DNA of 64,000 nucleotides, taken from positions 1-64,000 of the IMG/VR virus record IMGVR_UViG_3300017963_000025, one strand, 5' to 3'. The notes below the pieces were generated by a model. The model saw nothing but the letters and a program-made list of their open reading frames with translations. It searched no databases and was not told where the DNA came from. Shown here one piece after another: positions 28,551 through 39,517 of the stretch; the first letter of the stretch is position 1; the number at the start of each line of letters is the position of its first letter. Origin of the DNA: a virus. The translations under genes were made by a program, and so were the position numbers.

Positions 28551-29276
28551 ATGAAATTAAATGAGAAATCCGCCACCATGTCCGGCAGCAAGGGGGTCAT
28601 GAAACAACTACGGGAGTACGTATCCCCGGCTGGAAAGAAAGCGTCATGGATGCGTCACCTGAATGACCGGCAGTTGGCGGAAGTATACCATCGCCTGAAA
28701 ATGGGACAATCCCCCTATCGGATTGCGAGGATTGTACAGGATGATTGGGGAATGTGTACAAAGTCGGAAGCCCGATCTGTTGCGCGGACAATCACCAAAT
28801 TTAAGCATGACATCATCGGTGATATTTCATGTGTCAAAGACCCGAAGACCAAGGAGTGCAAGGATAGTCGCAATGTTAAAATTCGTGCCAAGCGGGTGGT
28901 TGAAAAGCTGGATACGGTCGGACGCCTCCGCTGGCTTACCGAGGTGCAGACAGACCGGGTGGAAATGTGGGTGGAAAAAGAGAAGATCACCGGCATCCCC
29001 TTGGCACGAACGGACGAGGCAGTAAGAACCTTGGCCGGGTTATTACGGGATTTGAATGATCTGCAAATCAAGTTGGGGTTGTTGGATGCCCGTGAACCCC
29101 AGATCGGGGTTCATATCCAACAGGTGTTCAACAATGTACTTCCCACCGAGACGGCGGAAAGCCTGGGAATGATCAATGCTACCAACAAATTCATTGACAT
29201 GCTGAAATCGGATGATTCCGTGATTGACATACCTGTGGAAGATATCAAGACAACCAGTAATGCGGAGGGGGAGTAA
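28551..29276 (+). CDS. Putative terminase small subunit
   Basis: HTH-like N-terminus, helical core; directly upstream of TerL. Confidence 0.5.
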   Translation: MKLNEKSATMSGSKGVMKQLREYVSPAGKKASWMRHLNDRQLAEVYHRLKMGQSPYRIARIVQDDWGMCTKSEARSVARTITKFKHDIIGDISCVKDPKTKECKDSRNVKIRAKRVVEKLDTVGRLRWLTEVQTDRVEMWVEKEKITGIPLARTDEAVRTLAGLLRDLNDLQIKLGLLDAREPQIGVHIQQVFNNVLPTETAESLGMINATNKFIDMLKSDDSVIDIPVEDIKTTSNAEGE

Positions 29277-29279
29277 TCG

Positions 29280-31328
29280 GTGGAATTGATCCAACGGAAC
29301 CGGTGTATTGATATGATTCGGAACATGGGGACGGATGCGGGGCTGTCCCCCCGAAACATGATTATCCTTACGTCCATGGTGGAATCCGTGCCGTTTGTTA
29401 AGCATGACAGTGAGGAGTACTGCCAGTTAAACGATATCATGAGCTTCGCACAGAATTTCCGGGATGCGGTTAAACATAGTGATTCCAGCTTTCTCCACCG
29501 GAAACGTGGATTGAAATACAAGATCGTTGATTTTGAGGAGTTTGCCGAATCACGGGAATACCTTGACCAAAAGGCAAGCATCCGACCGCGTATCAAACAA
29601 GAATTGATGCGGTTGTTTAATCCCGCCAATGATTTTATTGAGGTGGTGCTCGGCGGGGCCATTGGGGTGGGGAAAAACTATTTTAACGATTTGGCAATGG
29701 CCTACATGCTGTACAGGCTCAGTTGTTACCACGACCCGCAACTTGAATTCGGCTTGGCCCCCGGTTCCTCCATGATTTTTATCATGCAGTCGAAAAGTGA
29801 AAAGCTGGCGAAGAAGGTCATTTTTGATCAGTTTGCAAGCAAATTGGCACGGTCCCCCTATTTCACCAAGCTGTTTCCGTATGACAAAAATGTCAAATCC
29901 GAAATGCGGTTTCCGAATCAGATATCCGTGCTCCCTGTCGGAGGTAACGAAACCGCCGCGCTCGGGATGAATGTTTGGAGCGCGTCCATTGACGAAATGA
30001 ATTTCATGACACGCACCACGGACAGTATGCATGTACGGTTTAGCAATGAGAGTGAATATGACCAAGCGCAAGTGTTGTACAACCACCTGATCCGGCGAAT
30101 GTACGCACGGTTCCAGGAATTCGGAAAAATACCCGGAAAGCTGATTCTGATTTCTTCCACCAATTACGAGGGGGATTTCATTTCCCGAAAAATCGAGGAA
30201 GCGCAAACCGACGATAGTATTTTTGTGATGAGTCTGGCGCAATGGGAATCGGTTCCCGCCGAAAAGTATTGCGGTGAAAAGTTCTTGGTGGAGGTTGGGA
30301 ATACCCGAAAACGAACCCGCATTGTCAATTCCAAGGAGGAAGCAGTGGACCCGGACGACGTGGTGGAGGTGCCGGTGGAATACCGGAAACAATTCGAAAC
30401 CGATCCGGAAGGGTCCATGCGTGACCTGGGGGGTCGTGCGGTGGCGGGAAAAAACAAATTCATCCCATTCCGTGAACAGATTGAGGAGTGTTTTCAAAAA
30501 TACGAGGAAGCGACCGGGGGTCGCACGTTGTTCCGGTATCCCATCGTGGACTTTTCTCAGATATTGGACATGGACCGACCGGATTTTTCGGAGATTGTGG
30601 ATTTGGAATACATTCGTGATTTTATCCTTGATCCCGCCCAGGTATTCGCAATCCATGGCGACCCCGGACTGACGGGGGATGTGTTCGGCCTCAGTGTGGG
30701 GCGGATTGTCGGATATGTATTTAGTCAATTCAGTGCTCCTCCATATGAATTCGAACCCCATGAACAAGAATTGGCGGAAATGCATCAGCGTATCACATCC
30801 GGCCAACCTATCCGATTACCTATTTTTATGATTGACGGATTGATGGGGATTGCCGCGCCACACAACGACGAAGTGGACTTTGACACCGTGCGTGATCTGG
30901 TGTTGTTCCTGAAACGGCATGTTAATATTCAGTGGGCCACTGCGGATACTTATCAAAGCGCGAATATGATTCAGGGGTTTAGGCGGGCGGGGATTCGATC
31001 CGGTCCCCTCTCCGTAGACGGAACAAAGGGAGCGGTGAAATATTTGGATTTGAAATACGCGCTGAAAGATACACGGGTGTGGCTGCCGCGTATTCCGTTG
31101 GTACAAAAAGAACTGACCGAACTGATTCGAAAACCGGACGGGAGTATTGACCATCCCCGTGGCGGTTCGAAGGATTTGGCGGATGGCGTATGTGGTACGA
31201 CCCATATTCTATTCCGAAAAGAGGCGGTCAAGGATATGAGACAACGACGACCACGGGGAAACCGACCGATTTCGCGCCGACCCACGCGTAAGTTAAGGGG
31301 TCGGCGGAAAATCAGACGTATTCTATAG
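29280..31328 (+). CDS. terL: Terminase large subunit
   Basis: Walker A GAIGVGK, IDEMNF, ISS motif, nuclease HGDPG...D, TAD.YQS, DHP.GGSKDLAD. Confidence 0.88.
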   Translation: MELIQRNRCIDMIRNMGTDAGLSPRNMIILTSMVESVPFVKHDSEEYCQLNDIMSFAQNFRDAVKHSDSSFLHRKRGLKYKIVDFEEFAESREYLDQKASIRPRIKQELMRLFNPANDFIEVVLGGAIGVGKNYFNDLAMAYMLYRLSCYHDPQLEFGLAPGSSMIFIMQSKSEKLAKKVIFDQFASKLARSPYFTKLFPYDKNVKSEMRFPNQISVLPVGGNETAALGMNVWSASIDEMNFMTRTTDSMHVRFSNESEYDQAQVLYNHLIRRMYARFQEFGKIPGKLILISSTNYEGDFISRKIEEAQTDDSIFVMSLAQWESVPAEKYCGEKFLVEVGNTRKRTRIVNSKEEAVDPDDVVEVPVEYRKQFETDPEGSMRDLGGRAVAGKNKFIPFREQIEECFQKYEEATGGRTLFRYPIVDFSQILDMDRPDFSEIVDLEYIRDFILDPAQVFAIHGDPGLTGDVFGLSVGRIVGYVFSQFSAPPYEFEPHEQELAEMHQRITSGQPIRLPIFMIDGLMGIAAPHNDEVDFDTVRDLVLFLKRHVNIQWATADTYQSANMIQGFRRAGIRSGPLSVDGTKGAVKYLDLKYALKDTRVWLPRIPLVQKELTELIRKPDGSIDHPRGGSKDLADGVCGTTHILFRKEAVKDMRQRRPRGNRPISRRPTRKLRGRRKIRRIL

Positions 31329-31364
31329 TGGACAGACGAAACGTAGGTGAAAGGAATTAGAACA

Positions 31365-31763
31365 ATGACACTGAGGGATATTGTGAAAGCATGTGAGTGG
31401 AAAAGAAGGATGATCCATGACCATCCTGAGCCATACCAGATGGTAGTAACAGGATTGCAAGTTGGAAATACGAAAGGGAATATTGTTTGGGAAAAATACG
31501 TCGGATACGTTGTTCAAGTCAGAAAAAAAGCCGGGGCGTTCGGGTCGGATATGGTGTTTATTCGCCATCCGGACGGGTCTTTGACGACTCATGAAAACCA
31601 ATCCTACTGTGGCTTGTCACCAGAAATTATCGAAGAAATAAAGAAACTGTATCCGGATGGAATGATAGAAGAGGATATGGAATACGACGGGCCGTATTCC
31701 ATAAACGGAAAACACCCAAGAGTTGGAAAAATTATTGAGCCGGAAAATGGGTATTATACATAA
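31365..31763 (+). CDS. Conserved phage hypothetical protein
   Basis: GYVVQVRK..G.FGSD...RHPDGSL..HENQ pattern. Confidence 0.6.
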   Translation: MTLRDIVKACEWKRRMIHDHPEPYQMVVTGLQVGNTKGNIVWEKYVGYVVQVRKKAGAFGSDMVFIRHPDGSLTTHENQSYCGLSPEIIEEIKKLYPDGMIEEDMEYDGPYSINGKHPRVGKIIEPENGYYT

Positions 31764-32078
31764 GAACGTTGTTTGACAACCTTTCACATTCTTTGCACCT
31801 ATTCTCAATCGTAGGTGCTTCGGAATAATCAAAAAAGAAGATACAAGAAAGTGGGCGATAATGAATAATACGGAACCATTTGATCCGAAAGACATCTTTG
31901 ACATAGAAGAGGCATTGGAAAAGGGGGAGATACTTGAGATTCCGGTGGAAGAATACCGAAATTTTAAAGACGCCTGTGCGATTACGGGAGCCGATCTGAG
32001 TGATTGCCAAGCATACCCGGACCCATATAATATGACCGTGGTAATCGTCCCAACAAAATGAAGGAGAGATGTGCTTTG

Positions 32079-32507
32079 ATGAAAAAAAACATAATGAATG
32101 TCTGTATCGTGGTTATCTTGCTGTTTGGTCTGTCCGCTTGTACCACACGAAGTGGCGCATTGGGGGTATCGGCGGGATTGTGGCGGACCAACGAACGTAC
32201 CACTCAAGTGAAATGCGGAGAGGGAGACAACACGACAAAAATGCAGACCAGTGTGGCCGTGACCAATGATGCCCTTAAATCCTCATTGGAAGTGTTGGCG
32301 GCGGCACGGGTGGCCGTGGACAGTATGCGGTCGATTCTGAGCTATGACGGAAAGAGTTTGGCCCCGAACACCTACCGAAGCAACAATTTGCCCGTGAATT
32401 TCGATGTCTGGCAAGAGGGAGAGGATGTGTTAATCCGGACCCACCATGGGATTTATCGGATTACACAGGATGGGAAGGTCAAAAAAGACAAGGGGAGCGT
32501 GTGGTAA
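32079..32507 (+). CDS. Predicted lipoprotein
   Basis: MKK plus hydrophobic stretch plus LSAC lipobox. Confidence 0.6.
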   Translation: MKKNIMNVCIVVILLFGLSACTTRSGALGVSAGLWRTNERTTQVKCGEGDNTTKMQTSVAVTNDALKSSLEVLAAARVAVDSMRSILSYDGKSLAPNTYRSNNLPVNFDVWQEGEDVLIRTHHGIYRITQDGKVKKDKGSVW

Positions 32508-32510
32508 CCG

Positions 32511-32528
32511 TCCGCAAACGTTTGCGGA
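32511..32528. repeat. 18-bp palindrome, copy 10
   Basis: Exact match, 3 nt after TAA. Confidence 0.97.
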
Positions 32529-32758
32529 TTCGCAATTATTAAACCGTCCAAAAATGTATGAAACGGACTAAGGGGCATGTGGTGAGAATATTAGAAAAAT
32601 TTATTGACAAGGCGATTTCCTCTTTCTATTGCAGTCGCATCAAAGTCAAACACCAAATATCCCATGACCTTTTTTGCAATTCCGAACAATTTTCAAAACA
32701 GGTGGGCATGCCCTTTTCCAAACAAAACAGGTGAATTTGACAGAGAGGAGCGTAAAAA

Positions 32759-33244
32759 ATGAAAAAAATGTTGGCAGTGGTATTGGTGGTAATCGTGCTT
32801 GGGTCATTTGTGGCCTATGCGGCAACGGATACGGACATATCTGGCATGGTATCCGAACAGGCCGGGGATTTGCAAGGATTGATGGGGCTGATAGCAAAAA
32901 TTATTGTTGCGGTGGCATCCCCGTTGGCGGCGTTGGCGATTGCCACCTATCTGGTGATGCGGTTCCATAACTTTATAAGACGACGTATTGGACAATCCGC
33001 CTATAGAAGGATGGGTTTGGGGGTGAAGTCCACCTTGCGGATTGGCACAGCCACGGGTAGTGTGCTGGCACGAATTCACCGGGAAAATTTGGACGGATTT
33101 TTTGCCTATGTGTTGCCTGACGGGGATGCTACGGCTACCGTGGACGAGGAAATATTTTTCAGTTGGATCGGGTGGGAGTGCGCCCAGGTGAACATTATCC
33201 GAAACATTGATTTGAAAGAAGAACCCAAAAAGGAGGCATCATGA
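32759..33244 (+). CDS. Membrane protein (signal peptide plus TM helix)
   Basis: MKKMLAVVLVV..AYA signal, second hydrophobic helix; AGGAG RBS. Confidence 0.6.
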   Translation: MKKMLAVVLVVIVLGSFVAYAATDTDISGMVSEQAGDLQGLMGLIAKIIVAVASPLAALAIATYLVMRFHNFIRRRIGQSAYRRMGLGVKSTLRIGTATGSVLARIHRENLDGFFAYVLPDGDATATVDEEIFFSWIGWECAQVNIIRNIDLKEEPKKEAS

Positions 33245-33561
33245 AAAACGAGGATATCAGAAAAGCAGTCGAAGCCTATGAAGGTATCGGAGATTTGCTC
33301 GACTCAATCAAAGGGATTGACGGGAGCAACGGCCTGATTGCCCGTATTGCGGATGTGTGGCGGGTGACCGAATTGGTGGTTAGGGCAGTGGAGGAACAAT
33401 CCGACACGAATACCTCCGATGAAAAACTTAATGCCGCAGTGGAGACGTTGGACGCATTGTGCGAATTTGATAATTTTTGGTTGGAATTGGCTGACGGTAT
33501 TCTGTTCAAGATGTTGATTAGCGCAACCGTTCATGTGATGAATTCCAGGGAAGAGTGGTAA
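33241..33561 (+). CDS. Hypothetical protein
   Basis: AGGAGG RBS, ATGA overlap. Confidence 0.6.
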   Translation: MKNEDIRKAVEAYEGIGDLLDSIKGIDGSNGLIARIADVWRVTELVVRAVEEQSDTNTSDEKLNAAVETLDALCEFDNFWLELADGILFKMLISATVHVMNSREEW

Positions 33562-33755
33562 ATCGCGGTCAGTTAGACACCCATCAAAAACGAGTGATAC
33601 ACAAACCTAATCGGAGGGATATGTGGGAATCATAAGAAAAGGCATTGTGTACGGCAAAACAATCACAAGCTACAAAAACCCTCTCCGCAAATTGTGGAAC
33701 ATCCGCAAACGGCGGGGGGAGTCCAAAGAAAAGAAATGGGAAAAGGAAAACAAAC

Positions 33756-34070
33756 ATGCCAACGAACAAACATAACCGACCAGGGTATAACGGCCTGTTG
33801 ACCCGCGTGGCGCATGAAATATCCCAAATCGCCGGAAAAAGTGGTAAGACGTTGCTGGCGGGGATGGATAATAAAAACGAATTGGACTTGTACCACTGCA
33901 AATCCAAGGAGGATTTGGCGAGCATGGCGGATACCTACGCCAAAAGCATGGGGGTGGAATTCCCGAAAGACGCGGATTTTCGCATATTGTCCATCCTTGC
34001 CGGTCTGCGACACATTGCCAGTTTGGACGAAGCCACCTATGGAAAAATTATGTCCGGAAAGCTGATGTAA
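33756..34070 (+). CDS. Hypothetical protein
   Basis: AAGGA RBS before ATG 33756. Confidence 0.5.
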   Translation: MPTNKHNRPGYNGLLTRVAHEISQIAGKSGKTLLAGMDNKNELDLYHCKSKEDLASMADTYAKSMGVEFPKDADFRILSILAGLRHIASLDEATYGKIMSGKLM

Positions 34071-34072
34071 CC

Positions 34073-34456
34073 ATGAAAAAACATGATATTATGCTATGTA
34101 TTGTGGATGAGGATAGTGGTGCCATTGTCAGCGATATTGTATTGGGGTTGTGGGACGGAACGGAAATACTCGCATCTGAGAACAACGGTTATGTTTATTT
34201 TGATGATATTCCGGTCGGTGTCCACCGTATCTATACCATGTGTGATGTGTTTCGGATAAGCGTGAAATGTTCCGGAACCGGCAAAATATGGAAAAAGGGA
34301 TTTAGCTATCCGCAGAAGTACGGGACCATATTGGGCGAAATGACGAGTTATGCCGTGGGTACCTCTGTTATTTCATCCATATTCAAACAACCTGATGTTG
34401 GGAAGGCATGGGAAAATTATAAACGCGACCAACTAAAATTATGTCCGGGAAATTGA
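34073..34456 (+). CDS. Hypothetical protein
   Basis: Coupled ORF; its 5' region is duplicated at about 34435-34509. Confidence 0.5.
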   Translation: MKKHDIMLCIVDEDSGAIVSDIVLGLWDGTEILASENNGYVYFDDIPVGVHRIYTMCDVFRISVKCSGTGKIWKKGFSYPQKYGTILGEMTSYAVGTSVISSIFKQPDVGKAWENYKRDQLKLCPGN

Positions 34457-34894
34457 TGTAACCGTGAAAAAACATGACATTCTTCTACGCATTGTGGATG
34501 AGGATAGTGATAAATTCCAGGGAAGAATGGTAAATCGTGGTCAGTGAGTCACCCAATTAAATACAAGTGAGATGAGGGGTAAAGTGATAAAGTGGGCAGA
34601 GGTGCGAATCGGCAAAATTATACTGCGATGGAAGTATACCGATTATGACAGTTTACGAAGCGGCGGAATATTTCTACAGGGATGGGTGTGTCAGTAAAAG
34701 GTTGTGGGATTTTATCAAGGATGACGTTTCGGATTTTATTCGCATGGTTAATCCGGATCGACATCGTTGTTTTTTTGTTTTTTTTATTAGCGAATCTGAC
34801 AGGAGGGATATGTGGGGATCGTAATAAAAGAATGGTGTAATAATCTGTTGTATCAAAATTGGGAGTGTAACGCATTAATGAAAGGTTAGGAGAT

Positions 34895-35245
34895 GTGGCC
34901 ATGGCGTATGAGTATGATGGTTCAGTCAAAATGGAAATGTATATCATAACGGAAATGCATGCGTATGGATTGGGGTCGGAAGAAATTGACAGAATTGTTA
35001 ACTATACACAATGCACTCGGTGTTCCCTGTATGAGGTGTGGGACCATTACAAAACAATTATTGCCATGGGGAACACGATACTATCCGATGTTACCGCCCG
35101 TGCGTCAGTTACGGACATAGGAACTGTCAAAGATATGATATCCATGGAGATTAAACGAAGAAAGCCCGAAAAGCCGCCAATCTGCAAACCGGTAAAATCG
35201 GATTTCCCGATCCGGCGTAAAATACTCTTGACAAATTCACTATAA
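34895..35245 (+). CDS. Hypothetical protein
   Basis: AGGAG RBS. Confidence 0.5.
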   Translation: MAMAYEYDGSVKMEMYIITEMHAYGLGSEEIDRIVNYTQCTRCSLYEVWDHYKTIIAMGNTILSDVTARASVTDIGTVKDMISMEIKRRKPEKPPICKPVKSDFPIRRKILLTNSL

Positions 35246-35256
35246 GGCAGTAATAT
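35228..35256 (+). promoter_or_regulatory. Sigma70-type promoter
   Basis: TTGACA-17 nt-TAATAT. Confidence 0.6.
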
Positions 35257-35439
35257 GATCATATATATCATATAACGTTAACATGAACAAAAGGGGTGCG
35301 TCGTGTGACTACTATTTTGCCGGATGGTCATCTGGTACGGTCAATAGGTGAGTTATAAAATTCAGAATTCAGGGTTTCGCGTAAAGGGGGGGGGCGGGTT
35401 GTCTCGTTCCCCTTTGCTTTCAATTGCAGAGGGGTGCAT

Positions 35440-35778
35440 ATGCATGATGATATCAGCAACATGGCTTCGACAACGGAATTGGTGGCATTGCACGACAAGT
35501 CCAAAACATGGTTTGCCAAAAATGCCAAAAAAGGAAAACTGCACAGAATAAAAGTCGGCCGACAATGGTTCTATGATCCATACGAAGTACTGGAACTGAT
35601 CAAAAGTGAAATCAGCCACGGGGAACGGAAATGGGATTGCGTATCCTATGGGAATTGCGTGTTTTCGTGGGCAAAGCGAAATATCCATCGGAACGACAAT
35701 CCGTGTCGGACGTGTTCCAATTATCGGTCAAACGGGGGAATTGAAAATGAGATCAAAAGTATCTATGACGTTTCTTGA
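35440..35778 (+). CDS. Excisionase-like HTH protein with Cys-rich C-terminus
   Basis: AKKGKL..IKVGRQWFYD..EV. Confidence 0.55.
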   Translation: MHDDISNMASTTELVALHDKSKTWFAKNAKKGKLHRIKVGRQWFYDPYEVLELIKSEISHGERKWDCVSYGNCVFSWAKRNIHRNDNPCRTCSNYRSNGGIENEIKSIYDVS

Positions 35779-36019
35779 ATGGCGAACGGAGGCAGAAAGG
35801 CTGTTCGGTGGGAATCCGGATGCGTGGTCATTCGAATGTCCGGTATGCGGACATGTTGCACGTACGGATGACTGGCGGAAAATCGGCAAAGGTGGTATGG
35901 CCGGTTACGGATGTATCGAATGCTTGCATACTGATGTGGAAAAGAACCCTGTCAGGGTGGTGCATACTGACGGTACGGTTATAAACATGTTTGATTTTGC
36001 AGAGGATTGTGGAAAATGA
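35747..36019 (+). CDS. VVA0879-like protein
   Basis: EW..EA.RLFG.....W.FECPVCGHV, C-terminal FDFA. Confidence 0.6.
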   Translation: MRSKVSMTFLEWRTEAERLFGGNPDAWSFECPVCGHVARTDDWRKIGKGGMAGYGCIECLHTDVEKNPVRVVHTDGTVINMFDFAEDCGK

Positions 36020-36204
36020 GCGACATTATCATGATGGTGGGGAATATTTGTAGCGGAAAGTCCGTATTGGCGAGAAAGTTTGCCAATCGTGGGTATGCGG
36101 TTATTAGTATGGATGCGATTCAGACGGGTGTTGCCGGAGGCTTGTACGACAGATACGATCCGAAAAAGAATACGGCTTTCCAAGGATGGGCGCCGGAGGG
36201 GTAA
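36016..36204 (+). pseudogene. N-terminal fragment of a P-loop kinase (AAA_33/PNK-like)
   Basis: IMMVGNICSGKS...VISMD, truncated after about 60 aa. Confidence 0.6.
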
Positions 36205-36599
36205 ACGCACTCGGATTTATAATCAAGCAATTAAAAAACCCGAGGCTTGCAATCATTGACACACTGGCGAAGTTCCGGCCGGCGCAGAACGGGAAGGATA
36301 ATAATATATATGATCGGGATTACGAGCACATAGCGAAATTGAAGGAATTGGCGGACTATTTCGGAATATCGTTGCTTGTCATTCATCACGTAAGAAAGAG
36401 CTACGCCGAGGACATTGTTGATTCGGTTTCAGGGACTGCCGGCATAACAGGCGCGGCGGACGGTTGGCTTATCATGGAGAAAACACAGACAGGAGCCACG
36501 CTGCATGTTGACGGTCGTGATGTGGAGAGAAAAAAGCAGATCGGAAATCATTCAGAGAGGACGAAGCGAAAGCGATGTCCACTTACACTCTTGACCTGA
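36186..36599 (+). pseudogene. Internal fragment of a RepA/AAA_25 helicase
   Basis: IIDTL, IHHVRK, SGT.G.TGAAD; no Walker A. Confidence 0.65.
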
Positions 36600-36625
36600 T
36601 AAGCAAGGATTTATGAGGAGGTAGC

Positions 36626-36820
36626 ATGTATATAGTAAGACTGGAAGATGGAGGAAGTTTGTCAAATGGTGTATGGCTTGCTCAATGGGAAGGCGATCCC
36701 GGTCGAACGCTGAGAAAACACAACGCTGAACGATTTAAAGATATTGGAAGTGCCGAAAAGGCTCTGACAAAAGCCAGAGAATACAGACAGTTTAAAAATG
36801 CAAGAATCGAAGAATTATGA
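36626..36820 (+). CDS. Hypothetical protein
   Basis: GAGGAGG RBS; GDPGRT motif. Confidence 0.55.
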   Translation: MYIVRLEDGGSLSNGVWLAQWEGDPGRTLRKHNAERFKDIGSAEKALTKAREYRQFKNARIEEL

Positions 36821-37191
36821 TGAGCACCATGCACACCAACCGTACACACCACTCACCCGGCGCTACCCGTGCCGTCCACCACACCGGAAGGCCTTGCTCG
36901 AAGTGTGGGAAACGGACAATGAGCGTGAACAGAATATGTGATTCATGTTCAACAGGCGTTGGCGGAGACATTGAAAAGCTGTATCATTCAAGGGAGTGGA
37001 AACGTGTATCAAGGCATGTCATGCTACGCGACATGTATAAGTGTCAGCAATGCGCCGGATTGGCACGTATCGTGCATCACATATTGCCAACACGGACCAA
37101 CCCGGAAAGGTTTTTTGACAGCGGAAACTGCATTGCTCTGTGTGTTGAGTGTCACGACGTGATACATGGGAGGAAGAAAGAATGCGAATGA
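36817..37191 (+). CDS. HNH endonuclease
   Basis: Y.SREW..., RD...CQQC...VHHI...N..ALC..CH...H. Confidence 0.85.
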   Translation: MMSTMHTNRTHHSPGATRAVHHTGRPCSKCGKRTMSVNRICDSCSTGVGGDIEKLYHSREWKRVSRHVMLRDMYKCQQCAGLARIVHHILPTRTNPERFFDSGNCIALCVECHDVIHGRKKECE

Positions 37192-37811
37192 ATCACTCGT
37201 GTAAAGGCTTGATTGTCGCGGCTTCGCGTATGGGGGCGGTTGTAATCGCTATGGTATCAAGCTTTGGCGAGAGTTCGGGGAAATGGAGAGACGCAGAAAC
37301 AATTTCGACAACATAGAAAAAGAACATGATGTGTTGATTGTCTGTGATGAAATCAACCTATGTGTCGAAAATGTTCCCATCTGCGTGAAGCTGTGGCAAA
37401 AGCGTGTCTGTGGCACGAACAAGACGCGATTGTAAAAAGTGATGATGACGGGAAATGCCCGATATGCGGAGGTCCTGTAAAAATTGTGAATGTGTGTGTG
37501 GGAATATGAACATCTCGAAAATATGCCCACGATGCGGACGCACCTTTCCGAATATGAAAGCGCACATCCGCTGTTCATGCGGTTCAGTGATAGGTGATTG
37601 TTTCAGGTGCGGGCGGGCTATGGAAATTATTGACCATAGTCCGCTGTGCGAAAACTGCTTACAAGAAAGGGATGAAAATGGACATTGTGAAAATCGTAGT
37701 GGCAATCTGGCAAGCGCTCCCCGATAATTCCCGTCGGGAAATTATCGAAAATCTTGAAGAGGATATTGGAAAATTATTGTCGGAAATTTTCCGACTGATA
37801 TTGGAGGACAG

Positions 37812-37949
37812 ATGAGCTTCGAAATCGCAAAATATTATGCGGCAAGCGATATTGTTCCGGCACATTTCAGAAAGCCGGAAAACGCGTTCATCGCGTTACA
37901 GATGGCAGAACGCATGAATATTGACCCCTTCATGCTAATGCAGAATTGA
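37812..37949 (+). pseudogene. N-terminal fragment of a RecT-like recombinase
   Basis: Hand translation MSFEIAKYYAASDIVPAHFRKPENAFIALQMAERMNIDPFMLMQN*; GGAGG RBS. Confidence 0.6.
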
Positions 37950-37950
37950 A

Positions 37951-38286
37951 GCCCCGGATATATCAGAGGGATTTTCGGAAATCCGTACCCCTCCGGTACG
38001 GTATCGGGTACATGCCGCAGACTTTGACGGATGGTTGGCAGAGAATGACTATCCTGATATTGGTGACCCCATCACTGAAAATGTGCGCAAAATAAAGGAA
38101 TTATATGAAGATTTGTCCAATTTTGTTATCATTTGGACCTGTCGGCACGGGGATACGTTGAATCAGGCACGGTGGTGGTTACGTCAAAATGACATTCCGT
38201 TTGACGCAATCAATTAGAATCCATTGTTTGAAACGGGAAGCCGCAAAATATTTGCACATATGTATTTTGACGACCGGAACGGGTAG
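37951..38286 (+). pseudogene. HAD-family phosphatase with in-frame TAG and no start codon
   Basis: ADFDG...YPDIG, IIWTCR, FDAIN*N (TAG 38215-38217), RKIFAHMYFDDR. Confidence 0.7.
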
Positions 38287-38830
38287 TGTACAATAAGCAG
38301 AGGAGGGTATTGTGTTTTGGGGGAAAGGAAAAAAAGTAATGTGTGGTGTATGCCATAAATGGGTGGAAAAGTCGAAACTAAAAAAATTGTGGCATACGGA
38401 CATCGTGACGGATTCGGACAATTCGCAACGGGCCGAGGGTCCGTTCCAACCTATTCTGATTTGCAATGAATGCATGAAAATGAAGGTGAATACCTAACAG
38501 GGGGGAGAGTGAAACGTATCAAACTTATATTTGTCGTGGTGGTTATAACATTCCTGTGTGGTTGTGTCAGTGGGGAGAAAAAGCCAATGAATGACAATAT
38601 CGACCCAATCCGCCAACAACATGAGCTAAAAAGGAATATTGATCTTGATGCTTGACAATATCCCTATGTATGTGCTAATCTGGGATATCAGGAAACAGGA
38701 AGAACAAAGCATAATCGTCAATGGCTTGGCTTGACAATAACAATTTTTTCCTTGTTCCGACTGTTTCCCTATTCCCTCGGTGGCGGGGGGCCGGGTGGCT
38801 CCCCGCTTTTTTATATTAGGAGGGGTGTGT

Positions 38831-39517
38831 ATGATACCGAACTTTGAACTTAGACACATGAAGCCGACAAGCGCAAAACTTTTTATGCGTCGATGGCATT
38901 ATACGCATACGTGCGGAAATATTGTTTGTGCGCACGGATTTTATGTGGAAAACCGACTATCCGCGATTGTTTCCTATACGCCTCCCGTGGGGCGGCACCT
39001 CCCAAACAGCATTTTGGAAAACGGGATTTACTCGGAATTTTTGGAATTGCAGAGATTGTTTACACATGACCGATTGCCGAAAAACAGTGAATCCAAGTGC
39101 GTGTCAATGAGTTTGAAGCGATTGAAACAGGATTATCCGAAGGTGGTTGTGGTCGTATCCTATGCGGATTCCGGGGCGGGTCATGTGGGATACGTATATC
39201 AGGCGACTAACTGGATTTATACTGGGAAAGCGTCCAACGAGCTTAAGATATTTATCGACGGAAAACGGGTTCACCGACGATCTTTGGTGGCAAGATACGG
39301 GACATCCGGGGTGCAAAAATTAAAATCCATGGGTCTGGATATTCGTGTGAGTGACGAACGGTTCCACAAACACCGCTATATTTTTGTTTTGGCCTCGTCA
39401 AAACGGGAACGGAAGCGAACGGTGCGACGGTTGAAGGTGACCCCGCTTCCGTACCCAAAGGGAAATATTCGGTATTACGATTGCGGGGCGAGTTGCTTTG
39501 ACAAGATAGAAGGATAA
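38831..39517 (+). CDS. Mom-like adenine-modification protein (GNAT fold)
   Basis: WHY, ELQRL....PKNSES, VSYAD...GHVGYVYQATNW.YTG, HKHRY. Confidence 0.75.
   Translation: MIPNFELRHMKPTSAKLFMRRWHYTHTCGNIVCAHGFYVENRLSAIVSYTPPVGRHLPNSILENGIYSEFLELQRLFTHDRLPKNSESKCVSMSLKRLKQDYPKVVVVVSYADSGAGHVGYVYQATNWIYTGKASNELKIFIDGKRVHRRSLVARYGTSGVQKLKSMGLDIRVSDERFHKHRYIFVLASSKRERKRTVRRLKVTPLPYPKGNIRYYDCGASCFDKIEG

Noticed and set aside
29550-30806. 418-aa minus-strand ORF and other long antisense ORFs (e.g. 13188-13985, 17308-18135)
   Set aside because: Shadows of well-supported plus-strand genes, with no motifs or RBS
38215-38217. TAG stop-codon reassignment
   Set aside because: Single case in a start-less fragment; many genes end normally in TAG, and long core genes have no internal TAG
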